Assembly (NCBI GenBank): GCA_965237675.1
Contig: OZ250150.1
Location: 1,120,001 to 1,184,000, forward strand
From: Candidatus Latescibacterota bacterium
Lineage (GTDB): Bacteria; Latescibacterota; UBA2968; GCA-2709665
Direction of reading: 5' to 3'
Length of the DNA: 64,000 bases
Shown: piece by piece, positions 10,200 through 21,000 of the stretch
Numbering within the stretch: the stretch's first letter is position 1
Layout of the letters: every line of letters begins with the position of its first letter
Position numbers and translations under genes: made by a program
Notes under the pieces: model-generated
Database searches by the model: none
Told to the model about the DNA's origin: nothing
Seen by the model: only the letters and a program-made list of their open reading frames with translations

Positions 10200-12374
10200 T
10201 TACTCTCTCAGTAGCTGCCTGATCATGGGCGCCTGCGGATCGTTGGGACTCAATTCCAAGACTTTTCGCAGGTTGGCTCTGGCTTCCTCCATGCGATTCA
10301 GGGCCCCGAAGGCCAGGCCCAGGTTGAAGTAGGCGTTCGCGAGCCGGGGGTTGATTTGAATGGCTCTTTGAAGGTACGGGATCGCCTTTTCGTACTGCCC
10401 CATGCTGTGATACGTACCGCCGATGTTCAGATAGGTCTGAGCGCTGCCCAGCGCGGGCTGGAGCTCGATTGCTTTCTTTAGGTGTTCGACTGCCTCCTCG
10501 TACCGGCCCAGACCATGGTAGGCGGCGCCGAGATTGACATGCGCGCCCGCGTGTCCGGGTTGTATCTCAAGGGCTTTATTGAGAGGGCCAAGGGCTTTGC
10601 CGTGCCTGCCCATCTCGTTGTAGGCGGCGCCGAGGTTGACGTGCGCGATTGCGGCTTCGGGCTGGAGTTCAACGGCTTTCTCGAGAGATTCAGTCGCGGC
10701 ACCGTGACGCCCGGTTCCCAGATAGGCAGCACCCAGATTGATATGCGCCTCAGCGAGGTCGGGTTGGATCTCCACCGCTTTTCTGAGGTGGTCGATCCCA
10801 CGCTCCGCCTGCCCGAGGTCGCAGTAGATGATCCCGACCGACAACCAGTGTCTGGGGTTTTTCGGACTCGCTTCGAGCGCGCGCCTGTAGGCGTTGAGTG
10901 CGGGTACGGTTCTGCCCCGCAACCGGAAGTAGGTACCAAGCGTTTCCCAACCGTAGGAGGCGGCGTGTCCGCTCAGCCGGCCCATGAGGTGGACATATCG
11001 TGCCTCGGCGAAGGTGGGGTTCGCGTTCACGCCGATCCAAAGGAGGGTGTGCAGGGCGGCCGCGGCGCAGATCACGGAGACGTTTCGGAACCGCAGTTCG
11101 TCCTGACGCCTGCGCGCCAGTAGCGCCGAGGCAGCCCAGAGCGTGAGCGGCAGGGCGGGAAGCGCCAGAATGTCCCAGTCTCTGAAGGCGCCGATCTCGG
11201 GATTGGCGATGAACGTAAAGAAGAGCGGGAAAGCGGCGGCCACAAGCAGGAAGGGATGGTGACGAAAGTCCTTCCTGCCGAACAGCAACAGCGCCATCAA
11301 CGCGGCGGGGGCCGATAGAATCTGAAGGTTGATGAAATCGAGCACGTGAGATATTGAGGCGAGGCGGTAGGGAACGTGAAATCCAGGTTCCGAAACAAGG
11401 GGGAGTATGTGGTGTTTTCCGCCGGTCCGCGCCAGAAAGGCAGCGAAGTCGAAGCCGGCGGTCCAAAGGATCAGCACCGCGGCAAGCGGGACCGTGCACA
11501 ACACGGCCAGATTTGCCAAAACGTTAATCCATCGCGGCGATGAGGCGTCACTGCGCCGATACCCGCAATACGCAAGGATGAGAAGGGAGGGTGCAAAGAG
11601 GACAAACAAAAAGTGGAACGGAATGAGCACACCGAGTACGATCGCGGGAACGTAGAGGGGCGCACGGTTGGCCAGGCATCGAAGACCGGCAAGCAGGTAG
11701 AGTAGACTGGCCGGCATGTAGAAGGCGTAGTTTTCCACGTAACCAAAGAAGAGTTGTACGTATCCGGCCGTAACGAGGAAGGCGAATACCAGAGTTTTCT
11801 CGCGGTTGTTCCTTCCGAGGACGCCAGCCGTGGCGAAGCCGAGCAACAGATAGAGAAGACCGGAGGCATAGCTGTAGACACGGTACGTGTTCTCGGCGGT
11901 CTGCCAGACCGTGCTGCCTGCCCGATGCAGGAATCGAATCAGATCGAAAGTGAGCGGCGCCCGGTCGACCCGCTGCCAGATGCCGGCGTCCAATTCCCGC
12001 AGGTAAAGGTACCCATCGCCCAGGAGATGCCGCGAGGATTGCAGCGCAACGAATCCCGCCAGCGCAAGGAGCATCACCAGGGCGCGGGTCAACCAGGTGC
12101 GGGCGCCGTTGCCCCAGAGGGCGGCAGGAAGCGTCTCAAGCCAGGCACGGGCACGAGCCAGCACGCACGGGACGAAAACGAGTATCGCGAGAAGGATGAA
12201 AACAGCCCGCTGAGAGTCGGGATAATAGTACAGAAAATCTGCACCCCAGAAGGGATTGGGATGCCAGAAGGCGAGAAGGACGTGGAGCCCCAGAAACACG
12301 GCGGCGATGGTGGCGGGCTGCCTGATACCCCCAGATCGTTGCCGTTTCGAATTTCGCACGAGCTTCTTTCTCAA
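10200..12374 (-). CDS. multi-pass membrane protein with C-terminal TPR repeats
   Basis: Many hydrophobic helices in the N-terminal ~450 aa, then about 7 TPRs (AHINLGAAY...A...L.KA.EI.P). Confidence 0.85.
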   Translation of the reverse strand: MRKKLVRNSKRQRSGGIRQPATIAAVFLGLHVLLAFWHPNPFWGADFLYYYPDSQRAVFILLAILVFVPCVLARARAWLETLPAALWGNGARTWLTRALVMLLALAGFVALQSSRHLLGDGYLYLRELDAGIWQRVDRAPLTFDLIRFLHRAGSTVWQTAENTYRVYSYASGLLYLLLGFATAGVLGRNNREKTLVFAFLVTAGYVQLFFGYVENYAFYMPASLLYLLAGLRCLANRAPLYVPAIVLGVLIPFHFLFVLFAPSLLILAYCGYRRSDASSPRWINVLANLAVLCTVPLAAVLILWTAGFDFAAFLARTGGKHHILPLVSEPGFHVPYRLASISHVLDFINLQILSAPAALMALLLFGRKDFRHHPFLLVAAAFPLFFTFIANPEIGAFRDWDILALPALPLTLWAASALLARRRQDELRFRNVSVICAAAALHTLLWIGVNANPTFAEARYVHLMGRLSGHAASYGWETLGTYFRLRGRTVPALNAYRRALEASPKNPRHWLSVGIIYCDLGQAERGIDHLRKAVEIQPDLAEAHINLGAAYLGTGRHGAATESLEKAVELQPEAAIAHVNLGAAYNEMGRHGKALGPLNKALEIQPGHAGAHVNLGAAYHGLGRYEEAVEHLKKAIELQPALGSAQTYLNIGGTYHSMGQYEKAIPYLQRAIQINPRLANAYFNLGLAFGALNRMEEARANLRKVLELSPNDPQAPMIRQLLRE

Positions 12375-12491
12375 TTCCCCGTTCCTCCGGCCCTCGTCGC
12401 CATGGTTTTCTCGCTTGACGCATCCGCCCGATAAGGATATGTTAACAGATACCGTATGTCGAATCTATCGCCGTCGTGATCCAGAGACCCT

Positions 12492-13745
12492 ATGTCGGAC
12501 CCTCAACGAACCACCTATGATCTGATAATCGTCGGCGCAGGCCCGGCGGGCGCCGCAGCCGCCCTGTACGCCGCCCGACACGGACTCAAGACCCTTCTAC
12601 TGGACAAATCCACCTTTCCCCGTGACAAAATTTGCGGCGACGCCCTGTCGGGAAAAGCCATTGCCATCCTGCTCGAACTCGGGCTGCTTGAAAAGACCCG
12701 CCAACTGCCCGGCGCGTTTATCAACAAGATTGTCTTCAGTAGCCCGAATCACGTGGACGCCTGGATCGATTTAGGGCGTCATACGCTTCATGACATCGGT
12801 ACGGGTCAGAATATCCCAATGGAAGGCTTCGTCATCCGCAGGACGGTTTTTGACGCCTTCCTGTTCCGGGAAGCCCGGGACAGCGTCGACGCGTGCATCG
12901 AAGGGTTTACGGTTAAGGACCTGTTGCGAGAAAACGGAGCCATCAAGGGCGTAACCGGCGAGGTCAACGGAGAACATCGCGCCTACCGCGCCAACCTGGT
13001 CTTGGGCTGTGACGGATTCAATTCCGTGGTGGCCCGCCGAACAGGGCGATATCGCCACGACGGGCGGCACTGGGTTGTGGCCCTGCGCTGCTATTATGAG
13101 AATGTGGCCGGTCTGAAAGACCAGATCGAACTTCACTTCGTCAATGAAGTCCTGCCAGGATACTTCTGGGCCTTCCCCCTCGAAAACGGCTGTGCGAACG
13201 TCGGCATCGGGATGTTGCAAAGCAGCCTCAAGCGCCGCAAGGTCAACCTGAAGGAGGCGCTTCAGGACGTGATCGGCCGCCCTCCTTTCGCGCGCAGGTT
13301 CGTCAATGCGCGCGCCCTGGAGGAACCCATCGGATGGAACCTGCCCATCGGCAGCATCCGCAGAAAAAGTTACGGCAACGGATTTCTGCTTCTCGGCGAC
13401 GCCGCCGGCCTGATCGACCCCTTCACCGGTGAGGGCATCGGCAACGCACTGTACGCCGCACGGTACGCCGCGCAGGTCGCCGCCGAAGCCAAAGCGGCGA
13501 ATGATTTCAGCGAATCCTTTTTGAAACGATACGAAGACCGCTTATGGGACGCCATTGGCGACGAACTCAGAACCAGCAAGCGCCTGCAGGACCTGGGCCG
13601 CTGGCGGCCTCTCCTCAATCTGGTGATCGAAAAAGCGGCTCGGAATCAACAGATCAGCAACCTTATCACCGGTATGATCGCCAACGCCGTTCCCAAGAAA
13701 AAACTCTTCAGCCCCCTTTTCTATTTCGGGCTTTTTCTCAAGTAA
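12492..13745 (+). CDS. geranylgeranyl reductase family FAD-dependent oxidoreductase
   Basis: IVGAGPAGA, FPRDKICGDAL, GYFWAFP and GDAAGLIDPFTGEGI motifs. Confidence 0.92.
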   Translation: MSDPQRTTYDLIIVGAGPAGAAAALYAARHGLKTLLLDKSTFPRDKICGDALSGKAIAILLELGLLEKTRQLPGAFINKIVFSSPNHVDAWIDLGRHTLHDIGTGQNIPMEGFVIRRTVFDAFLFREARDSVDACIEGFTVKDLLRENGAIKGVTGEVNGEHRAYRANLVLGCDGFNSVVARRTGRYRHDGRHWVVALRCYYENVAGLKDQIELHFVNEVLPGYFWAFPLENGCANVGIGMLQSSLKRRKVNLKEALQDVIGRPPFARRFVNARALEEPIGWNLPIGSIRRKSYGNGFLLLGDAAGLIDPFTGEGIGNALYAARYAAQVAAEAKAANDFSESFLKRYEDRLWDAIGDELRTSKRLQDLGRWRPLLNLVIEKAARNQQISNLITGMIANAVPKKKLFSPLFYFGLFLK

Positions 13746-13774
13746 ACCGGATCGTAAACATAGGAGGATTTCAC

Positions 13775-14710
13775 ATGAAATCTACTGCCAGATGCCTGGT
13801 CCCGTGTCTTGTTTTTCTGTTGTCGATGGGCGCTTCCACACGGGCAGCGGACAAAATCACCATTCGGATCTCCCATCCGGACGGCCGTACCGTCAAGTAC
13901 AAACACAAATATTCCTTTTCCTACAAGAGCGACCGCGCCGAAATTCTCGTTCCCGGACGCACGAATCGCGGAAATACCTCCGGCGAGATCAGGGGCGAAT
14001 GGCAAAGCCGGGAAATCACGCAAACCGGTACGGACGGTGAATCCGATGTGCAAACCACGCGCATTGTCGCAACCTTAAGCAAAGCCTTCAGCGGTTTCTT
14101 CTTCGAGCGGAAACGCCTCACTTACGACCAGTTTCCCTATACGCTGGATCAACTGGACGACCGGCAACTCACCTGGATTCTGTCTTCGGATGGAACGATT
14201 AAGCGGTTTTCACCCAATTTTTCCCCGGCAGAACTCAACCGGCCTGACATTCTCACGGACATCTGGCAGGTCTGGGCGCCCGAATTTCAGCCCGTCCTTC
14301 CGCCGGAGCCGGTCGGCCCCGGCGACACCTGGACGGGCGAACTGAATTTCAAAACCCCGGTCCTGCGGCTCGATGACGACGCCATCGTGGAACTCAAGAG
14401 CACCTACAAGGTGAAAAATATCGCCACCAAAAAGGGAAATAAAATTGTCACGTTTGAGGAAGACAGAGACGTCCGTTTCAGAGCGCCTGTCAATATTGGC
14501 TCCCTGTCTCTGGTCGTCGACGGAACCGGAGAAGGTAAAAGCACCTGGGTCATCGACACGGACCGCGGAATCGTGCTGTCCCAAAAGGTACGGATGAACA
14601 TCACGCGCCCCCAGGTAAGGCGTATAGACCACAAGAAACCCGTGGACAATATCCGCGCCGAAATCAACATGAGTTACGAACGGAAACTGGACAAAGTGGA
14701 AAAGGAATAA
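13775..14710 (+). CDS. hypothetical exported protein
   Basis: AGGAGG RBS before ATG 13775; signal peptide MKSTARCLVPCLVFLLSMGASTRA; LPPEPVGPGDTW motif. Confidence 0.75.
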   Translation: MKSTARCLVPCLVFLLSMGASTRAADKITIRISHPDGRTVKYKHKYSFSYKSDRAEILVPGRTNRGNTSGEIRGEWQSREITQTGTDGESDVQTTRIVATLSKAFSGFFFERKRLTYDQFPYTLDQLDDRQLTWILSSDGTIKRFSPNFSPAELNRPDILTDIWQVWAPEFQPVLPPEPVGPGDTWTGELNFKTPVLRLDDDAIVELKSTYKVKNIATKKGNKIVTFEEDRDVRFRAPVNIGSLSLVVDGTGEGKSTWVIDTDRGIVLSQKVRMNITRPQVRRIDHKKPVDNIRAEINMSYERKLDKVEKE

Positions 14711-14920
14711 AAAGGCAGCAATCAGCGGTCAGCGTACAGCAGTCAGCTTAAACCGGTTGACGATACGGCCCGGGACCTCTCCCCCCAGCCCCCTCTCCTA
14801 AAGGAAAGGGGACAGTGGCTAGTTCGCGTCCTATCACGCGACCGGTGGCGGGGATGGGGGGGGTTTCGCGGCAAGACCGCAAACCCGTTCAATAATCCGA
14901 CCAGGTATCATTCGTGCCCG

Positions 14921-15110
14921 CCCGGTTGAGGTGATGGGGGGCTTTTCCGCGTTATTCCGTTCAGCAACGTCGTCTCGGACAGCCTGCGGCGCCGGCAGGG
15001 CAACATCGCTCGTATTCTCCACTGAGGATATTTGCGGAAAAGCAGCCCCGCGGCGTTTGAGCGGCGCCGTTCTTTTTGGTCCTTTTTCTTGGGCGTACAA
15101 GAAAAAGGAC
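14921..15110 (+). repeat. dispersed structured intergenic repeat, copy C
   Basis: GGGGCTTTTCCGCG...GCGGAAAAGCAGCCCC...GTCCTTTTTCTTG/CAAGAAAAAGGAC. Confidence 0.8.
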
Positions 15111-15168
15111 GAAGAAAAAATGAGAATTGATTGAAGTGAGGGGGTGTCTATAAATCCCTCTATCCTTG

Positions 15169-16068
15169 ATGCGCGACCAGAATAAAGCCTACCTCTACGC
15201 CATAGCCACGGTTCTTCTCTGGTCGACCGTCGCCTCCGCCTTCAAGATCTCCCTCCGATATCTGGACCCCCTTCAGCTTCTCTTCTACTCAGTTCTGGTC
15301 TCTACGTGTACCCTGGCGATCATTGTCGTCATCCAGGGAAAGCAAAGCCTCGTCTTTTCTTATTCAAAACACCAATATTGGAAATCCCTCCTTCTCGGCC
15401 TGCTCAACCCCTGCGTCTATTACTTCGTCCTCTTCAAAGCGTACGACCTTCTGCCCGCCCAGGAAGCCCAACCCCTGAACTACACCTGGGCCATTACGCT
15501 CTCGCTCCTGTCCATTCCGCTTTTAAAACAGCGCATAAAACCACAGGAAATCGTTGCCGGGTTCGTGTGTTATTCCGGCGTCCTGGTGATCTCCACGCGC
15601 GGCAACGTCCTGGACTTCCGGCTCTCGGACCCGCTCGGCGTAACCCTGGCCCTCGCCAGCACGATCGTATGGGCATTCTACTGGATCTACAACACGCGGG
15701 ATGACCGGGACGCCGTTGTCGGCCTTTTTCTCAACTTCACGTTTGCCATGCCGTTCATTTTCGTACTCTGCCTGCTCTTCTCGGATCTCCGTATCTCGAA
15801 TCACTACGGCCTGATGGGCGCCGCATACGTCGGCGTTTTCGAAATGGGCATCGCCTTCGTTTTCTGGCTCGTCGCGCTACGACTCTCGGAAACTACGGCC
15901 AGAGTTGCCAACCTGATCTTCATCTCTCCGTTCGTCTCCCTGATCTTCATCCACTTCCTGGTGGGCGAAGAAATCCTGCCTTCCACCCCGATCGGGCTGA
16001 TTCTCATTGTCGCCGGCCTGGTGATCCAGCGGCTCGGTTCGCGATTGACGTGGCGAAATCAGGAATGA
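15169..16068 (+). CDS. EamA/DMT family transporter
   Basis: About 10 TM helices with two EamA repeats (LLWSTVASAFK...AQPLNYTW). Confidence 0.9.
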   Translation: MRDQNKAYLYAIATVLLWSTVASAFKISLRYLDPLQLLFYSVLVSTCTLAIIVVIQGKQSLVFSYSKHQYWKSLLLGLLNPCVYYFVLFKAYDLLPAQEAQPLNYTWAITLSLLSIPLLKQRIKPQEIVAGFVCYSGVLVISTRGNVLDFRLSDPLGVTLALASTIVWAFYWIYNTRDDRDAVVGLFLNFTFAMPFIFVLCLLFSDLRISNHYGLMGAAYVGVFEMGIAFVFWLVALRLSETTARVANLIFISPFVSLIFIHFLVGEEILPSTPIGLILIVAGLVIQRLGSRLTWRNQE

Positions 16069-16072
16069 TCTC

Positions 16073-16107
16073 TTGACATTTCATCCGGAAGTTACCATAT
16101 TGGGAAC
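16073..16107 (+). promoter_or_regulatory. putative higBA promoter with overlapping palindromic operator
   Basis: TTGACA-17nt-CATATT; imperfect inverted repeat GTTACCA-TAT-TGGGAAC at 16091-16107. Confidence 0.5.
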
Positions 16108-16137
16108 ATATGCCGTCGTGTGTTCAGGTAATCCCCT

Positions 16138-16434
16138 ATGCACGTAATTACCCGTAAGAGACTACAGGAATTCTGTAGAAACCATCCGGATTCTCAGCGT
16201 CCCCTGAAAGCTTGGCTGGCCATCGTAAGATCGAAAAACTATTTCAGCCCTTACGAAGTTCGATGGGATTTTCCCTCTGCAAGTTTCCTTGGAAGATGGC
16301 GGACAGTTTTCAACATCGGAGGCAACAAATACAGGCTGGTTGTCGATATGCGTTACGACCTTGGGAGGATTTACATCCGACACGTGCTTACACACGAAGA
16401 ATACGACAGACGCACTCGAAGTGGCGATTTATGA
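16138..16434 (+). CDS. higB: type II toxin-antitoxin HigB family toxin
   Basis: MHVITRKRLQEF...VFNIGGNKYRLVV...THEEYD signature. Confidence 0.92.
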   Translation: MHVITRKRLQEFCRNHPDSQRPLKAWLAIVRSKNYFSPYEVRWDFPSASFLGRWRTVFNIGGNKYRLVVDMRYDLGRIYIRHVLTHEEYDRRTRSGDL

Positions 16435-16450
16435 ACAATCTCCAAAGGCA

Positions 16451-16852
16451 ATGGATATGACCAGTTTGCTGGACTTCTCTAGACCTCATGTCTTACGAAA
16501 CGAAGCCGAATACGACACGGCAGTGCGCGAAATCGATGACCTGCTGGACGCCGATCCCGAACCGGGTTCAGAAGCATATGAACGCCTGGAATTTCTTTCC
16601 GTTTTGGTACATGCGTACGAAGATGCCCGGTCTCCCATCGATGAAAATATGGATCCCCGGGAGATCGTGGAGTTTATGCTGGAGCAGAAGGGACTCTCGC
16701 GATCCGATCTCGCCGAATGGTTCGGTGGCAGAAGCCGTGTTTCCGAATTCTTCAAAGGCTCCCGAACCCTCTCCATTCGCCAAATTGCCGCCCTGACGAA
16801 AAACCTGGGTATCCCTGCCGACTTGCTTATCGCGCGCGATAGAAGGAGTTGA
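16451..16852 (+). CDS. higA: HigA family antitoxin (HTH)
   Basis: NEAEYDTAV...LVHAYED...MLEQKGLSRSDL...SRVSEFFKGSRTLS; lies directly after higB. Confidence 0.9.
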   Translation: MDMTSLLDFSRPHVLRNEAEYDTAVREIDDLLDADPEPGSEAYERLEFLSVLVHAYEDARSPIDENMDPREIVEFMLEQKGLSRSDLAEWFGGRSRVSEFFKGSRTLSIRQIAALTKNLGIPADLLIARDRRS

Positions 16853-16997
16853 GCCGGCGAAATACGGTAAAGCCGTCAGACTGCGCTACAGACCACCTGA
16901 CGGCCTTTTCTTGTTCCTTGCAGATGCAACCATCATGCGACGCAACCGGGACATCTCGCGATAGGGGCGTCACGATCAAATTGCAATTCACAGAAGT

Positions 16998-17432
16998 CTA
17001 CGAATCGGATTTGAGCATAGAGAGCCCCATTGCGGCCAGGATCAACGGCAGGGCGGCGTCTATCACAATCCACACCGCGGAAACCGTTTCCATTCTTATG
17101 GCGGTGAAAGCGGGACTGTGGAGGTTGAAGAAGTTCCAGAAAAAGAGAATGCCAACAAAAAGGAGGCCGTAGAATTGCACGTTGGCTTCGAGATATTCAC
17201 GGGTTACCGGAGCGCCACCCTGGTCCTGGCCAAGACCGCGCTTGCGAATATATCCGAAGATTACGCCCAACACGATCGCCAGCACCATGAGCGCATTAAT
17301 CTTGCTCCAATGCGGGCTGTACGGGCTGGCTTCGGTGGAAGTATAATACAGGGGTTCGGCGACCGTATGGATTGCCACCACGGCCGCAACGACTATAAGA
17401 TAGACGCCAACGATGCGTTTGAACGAATCCAT
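16998..17432 (-). CDS. hypothetical membrane protein (4 TM)
   Basis: AGGAG RBS; four hydrophobic segments. Confidence 0.7.
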   Translation of the reverse strand: MDSFKRIVGVYLIVVAAVVAIHTVAEPLYYTSTEASPYSPHWSKINALMVLAIVLGVIFGYIRKRGLGQDQGGAPVTREYLEANVQFYGLLFVGILFFWNFFNLHSPAFTAIRMETVSAVWIVIDAALPLILAAMGLSMLKSDS

Positions 17433-17626
17433 ACGTTGTTTCTCCTTTCTCTGGTGCGATCGTCTACTGGGGGCCGCTCGATGTCCGGGAATGTGTTAAA
17501 GCGCACTGAACGCCGGGCAAAAACAGCCGTCGAAATATAGCGGGCGTGACCGACCGCGGCAATCAAAACCATGCGCGCCGGTCAGTCGGGATATTCGATT
17601 TGCCCTCATCCCGGCCGGACCCGGAC

Positions 17627-19075
17627 CTACAAGAACGGAAACATCCTCGCTGGCTCGTATCCCGGCATCACCGACCGGTGCTCACGGCCCGCAATCAGAG
17701 TCTCCCCGTCCGTAAACCCCTCGGGCCTCCCGTCAAGAAACCCGATCAACCGTTTCCGCCACGGTGCCAACCGATCCTCCGCGCCATCCCCCGACGCCAG
17801 GTCTTTCAGTTCAAGCGGATCTTCGTCCAGGTCGAACAGGTGCTCCCGGCCCGTCTGTGTGTACCAGACGTATTTATGATGCCCATCCGTTACATAGTGA
17901 TTTCCATGCTCGTACGCATAGCACCCGGAATGCTCGCCGTGCAACACGTCGCGAACTCCGACGGCTTCCCCGCGCAGGACCGGCGCCAGACTCCTTCCCG
18001 TGCACGTTTCCGGCACCTCCAGGCCGCAGGCATCCAGAATTGTCGGCATGATATCCTGAAGCCCCACTGGCGTATGGCACGTCACCGATTCCGGCGCCCC
18101 CCAGCTCTGCGGCGCCCGGATCAGATACGGCACTCTCGCCGACGCCTCATAGGGCCACGTTTTCCGGAACAAGTGATGATCCCCGAGCATCTCCCCGTGG
18201 TCTGACGTGAAGATGATGAGACTCTCATTCAAGACACCCCGCGCGAATTGAATCAGCCTTCCGATCTGATCGTCGATAAAATTCACCATCCCGTAATACG
18301 CCGCCCGCGCGCACTGCATATCGTACGCGCCAAGACAGATTTCCGGCGCATTCGGATCCAACCCCTTTCGCGGCCCGTCGAACTCAGGCGCCCAATCTCC
18401 CACAACGGGTTCGGGCAACGCCCGATTGATATAGCGGTCATAGTAGACCTCTGGGGGCGTCAACGGGGGATGCGGATCGATGAAGGAGAGATTCAGGAAA
18501 AAGGGCGCAGACGGATCCCGCTTCTGAAGAAACGCCATGGCCCGGTCCACGCACCAGAACGTATGCATCTGCTCTTCAGGCAGATGGTGCGGGCGTCCCA
18601 CCCAACCGTTCGACGAAAGGCCGTGCGCCATCCCGGGATCCACTTCCATACGCCCATGCCGCTCGCGCAGCCAATCCACATAGTCGTTCTCCTTCCCCCG
18701 AGTACCATCCGCAAGCTGCATATGGTCGAATCCGTACCGCTTTCGTATCGGGTGCAAATGTAACTTTCCGATCATCTCCGTCTGATATCCCGCCCTGGAC
18801 AGTTCTCCCGCCAGGGTGTGCGACGGTTCCCACTCCGTTCCCTGAAACCCCACCACGCCGTTCGCTGCGGGCGCAGTCCCCGTCATCAGACACCGCCTTG
18901 CGGGAATACAACTCGGACACTCCGAATACCCGCGACCAAAAAATGCTCCCGTACTGCCCAGCCAGTCGAGATTGGGTGTCTGTAGAACCTCCGGCGCTTC
19001 GGGGTCCAGACCCACGCAATCCCCCCGCTGCTGATCCGTCGTAATCAACACCACGTTAGGCCGATCTTTCGGCAT
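17627..19075 (-). CDS. sulfatase (formylglycine-dependent)
   Basis: ITTDQQR, CIPAR (CxPxR), GKLHL, DPHPP and FTSDHGEMLG motifs. Confidence 0.95.
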   Translation of the reverse strand: MPKDRPNVVLITTDQQRGDCVGLDPEAPEVLQTPNLDWLGSTGAFFGRGYSECPSCIPARRCLMTGTAPAANGVVGFQGTEWEPSHTLAGELSRAGYQTEMIGKLHLHPIRKRYGFDHMQLADGTRGKENDYVDWLRERHGRMEVDPGMAHGLSSNGWVGRPHHLPEEQMHTFWCVDRAMAFLQKRDPSAPFFLNLSFIDPHPPLTPPEVYYDRYINRALPEPVVGDWAPEFDGPRKGLDPNAPEICLGAYDMQCARAAYYGMVNFIDDQIGRLIQFARGVLNESLIIFTSDHGEMLGDHHLFRKTWPYEASARVPYLIRAPQSWGAPESVTCHTPVGLQDIMPTILDACGLEVPETCTGRSLAPVLRGEAVGVRDVLHGEHSGCYAYEHGNHYVTDGHHKYVWYTQTGREHLFDLDEDPLELKDLASGDGAEDRLAPWRKRLIGFLDGRPEGFTDGETLIAGREHRSVMPGYEPARMFPFL

Positions 19076-19087
19076 TTCACGCTCCTT

Positions 19088-20326
19088 TCACGTAATTCCA
19101 AGCGCCGCGTCTATCTCCGCCTGATAGGCGTCTATCTTACCGGCCTCTACTTCCGACATCCGTACCGCCCGACCCGCCACGGCGGACTCGAAAACCCCAT
19201 ACACCGCAGCCACGTCCTTCATCCCCTCCGTGCCGTCCACCTCCACTTCCTTTCCCTCCGCAATGGCTTCGCCCAACTCGTAGTACTCCATGGCAAGAAG
19301 CTTCAAATCCACCTCGCGGTCCGCCGACGTGACTCCGGTTGGGAAAAAATAGGCCGTCAGCGCATCCGGCTCGAAGCCCTCCGCGCCTGCCAGCATTTCC
19401 TCTTGTTCCTGGAATTCGCCGCGGCCGCGACGCAAACGCACCCGTCCACCGCGTGTGCCAAAACCCTCAACGCACCCCTCCGTGCCGAGAATCAACTGGG
19501 TACCGCATCCTCCATATCCTCCCAACCCAACCACCCAGCTCACGGTGGCGCCATTGGCCATGCGAAATATCGCCACGGACGAATCCTCTGCGTCGGCCGG
19601 AACGGCATGCGCCATGTCTTCGAATTGTTTCCGGTAAAACTCATAGGGCATCCACATCGTCTCGGCCTTTCGCCGCACCGGCTCCACCAGCCGCACATCG
19701 CCGTACACTTCGTGGATATCCCCCATTTGATAACGGATCAGGTCGGTATAGTGTACCCCCATATCCACCAGCGGCCCTCCGCGATTCTTGAGGTGGCGCC
19801 AGGGAGTGATGAAGATCCGGTCCCCCTCGCTCACCTGATGAAACAGACCCATGTACGGAATCCCTATCGCGCCGCTCGCCACCATATGGTGCGCCAGCCG
19901 CGCCGAAGGGTCACGGCGGTAGTTCTCCGCCACGGACAGCACCCGGCCGTTCCGCTCTGCCGCCTGAATCATCATCAAACAAGCCCGAACGGTAATTGCC
20001 ATCGGCTTTTCCACCATCACATGCAGCCCACAGTCCAGCGCCCGGCAGGCCACCTCGTGGTGTACCGACGGATCGGTCACCACGTCCACGGCATTCAGTT
20101 CCGGCATCGCGGCGGCCATTGTCTCCAGATCCGCAAAAACCACCGGCTCGACCCCAAGGAGCTTCCTGGCTTCCCTGGCCGCCATTTCGGCGTTGTCCCG
20201 ATTGATGTCGCACAAGGCCCGCAATTCGATCCTGTTGAACGGCGTCTGTGCAAGCGTCCGCAGACCGTAGAGGTGCCGCGTCCCCATGCCGCCACATCCC
20301 ACCAATCCCAGGTTGATCCGCTCCAT
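19088..20326 (-). CDS. Gfo/Idh/MocA family oxidoreductase
   Basis: GLVGCGGMG, VEKPMA, ENYRR and DMGVHYTD motifs; AAGGAG RBS before ATG 20326. Confidence 0.92.
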   Translation of the reverse strand: MERINLGLVGCGGMGTRHLYGLRTLAQTPFNRIELRALCDINRDNAEMAAREARKLLGVEPVVFADLETMAAAMPELNAVDVVTDPSVHHEVACRALDCGLHVMVEKPMAITVRACLMMIQAAERNGRVLSVAENYRRDPSARLAHHMVASGAIGIPYMGLFHQVSEGDRIFITPWRHLKNRGGPLVDMGVHYTDLIRYQMGDIHEVYGDVRLVEPVRRKAETMWMPYEFYRKQFEDMAHAVPADAEDSSVAIFRMANGATVSWVVGLGGYGGCGTQLILGTEGCVEGFGTRGGRVRLRRGRGEFQEQEEMLAGAEGFEPDALTAYFFPTGVTSADREVDLKLLAMEYYELGEAIAEGKEVEVDGTEGMKDVAAVYGVFESAVAGRAVRMSEVEAGKIDAYQAEIDAALGIT

Positions 20327-20659
20327 ATCGGTCTCCTTGCTCAAAACTCCCGGCGCGCCTGTCCAGACGCCCTTGACAAGCACGCCACGTTCGCTATCTT
20401 TGCCCCGCCGGGTGGCGGGGCAAAGATAGCGAACAGCCGTTAGCAACAACAGCTATCAGCCGACAGCCAACACCGGTTAACGATAGGGCAACGCGATGTC
20501 AATCAGCGATATACGCGCCGCGACGTGGGCAACCACAAGGGTTGCCCCTGCAAACTCAAACACGGCGATGAAGGGCGTCTGCGGTCCATTGTATAAGCCG
20601 TTGATCCACAACATTTGTTGAGAGGTGCATTTCTGGCGCTCGCTCACGGAATATACCCG

Positions 20660-20817
20660 TCACGCGACCGGTCGTGGTGTGGGGGTTTTTTCCGCGTAGA
20701 TCCGTCCAACCGTGTCGCCTCGTGTATGCTCAGGCGGTCTCAGGGCAATGTCTCACGATTTCTCCACTAAGGAGATTCGCGGAAAAGCCGGCCCCGTGCC
20801 GAACGGCGCCGTTCTTT
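20660..20817 (+). repeat. dispersed structured intergenic repeat, copy D (lacks terminal hairpin)
   Basis: GGGGGTTTTTTCCGCG...CGCGGAAAAGCCGGCCCC...GGCGCCGTTCTTT. Confidence 0.65.
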
Positions 20818-21000
20818 CGAAACCGGAAGAGGTAAGACGTTAGAAGACCGCCCTGCCCCCCACAGATGGGGCGACCTCTACGGGCTTCCCTTTCGAATCT
20901 CCTCTGGCTTCTCGCTTGCGAGGGTCCAGAGGCGGGAGTGTAATGTGACAAAGTTACCAACCCTTCTCACCTCTTCCTTCTTGCGTCTTACGGTTTAACA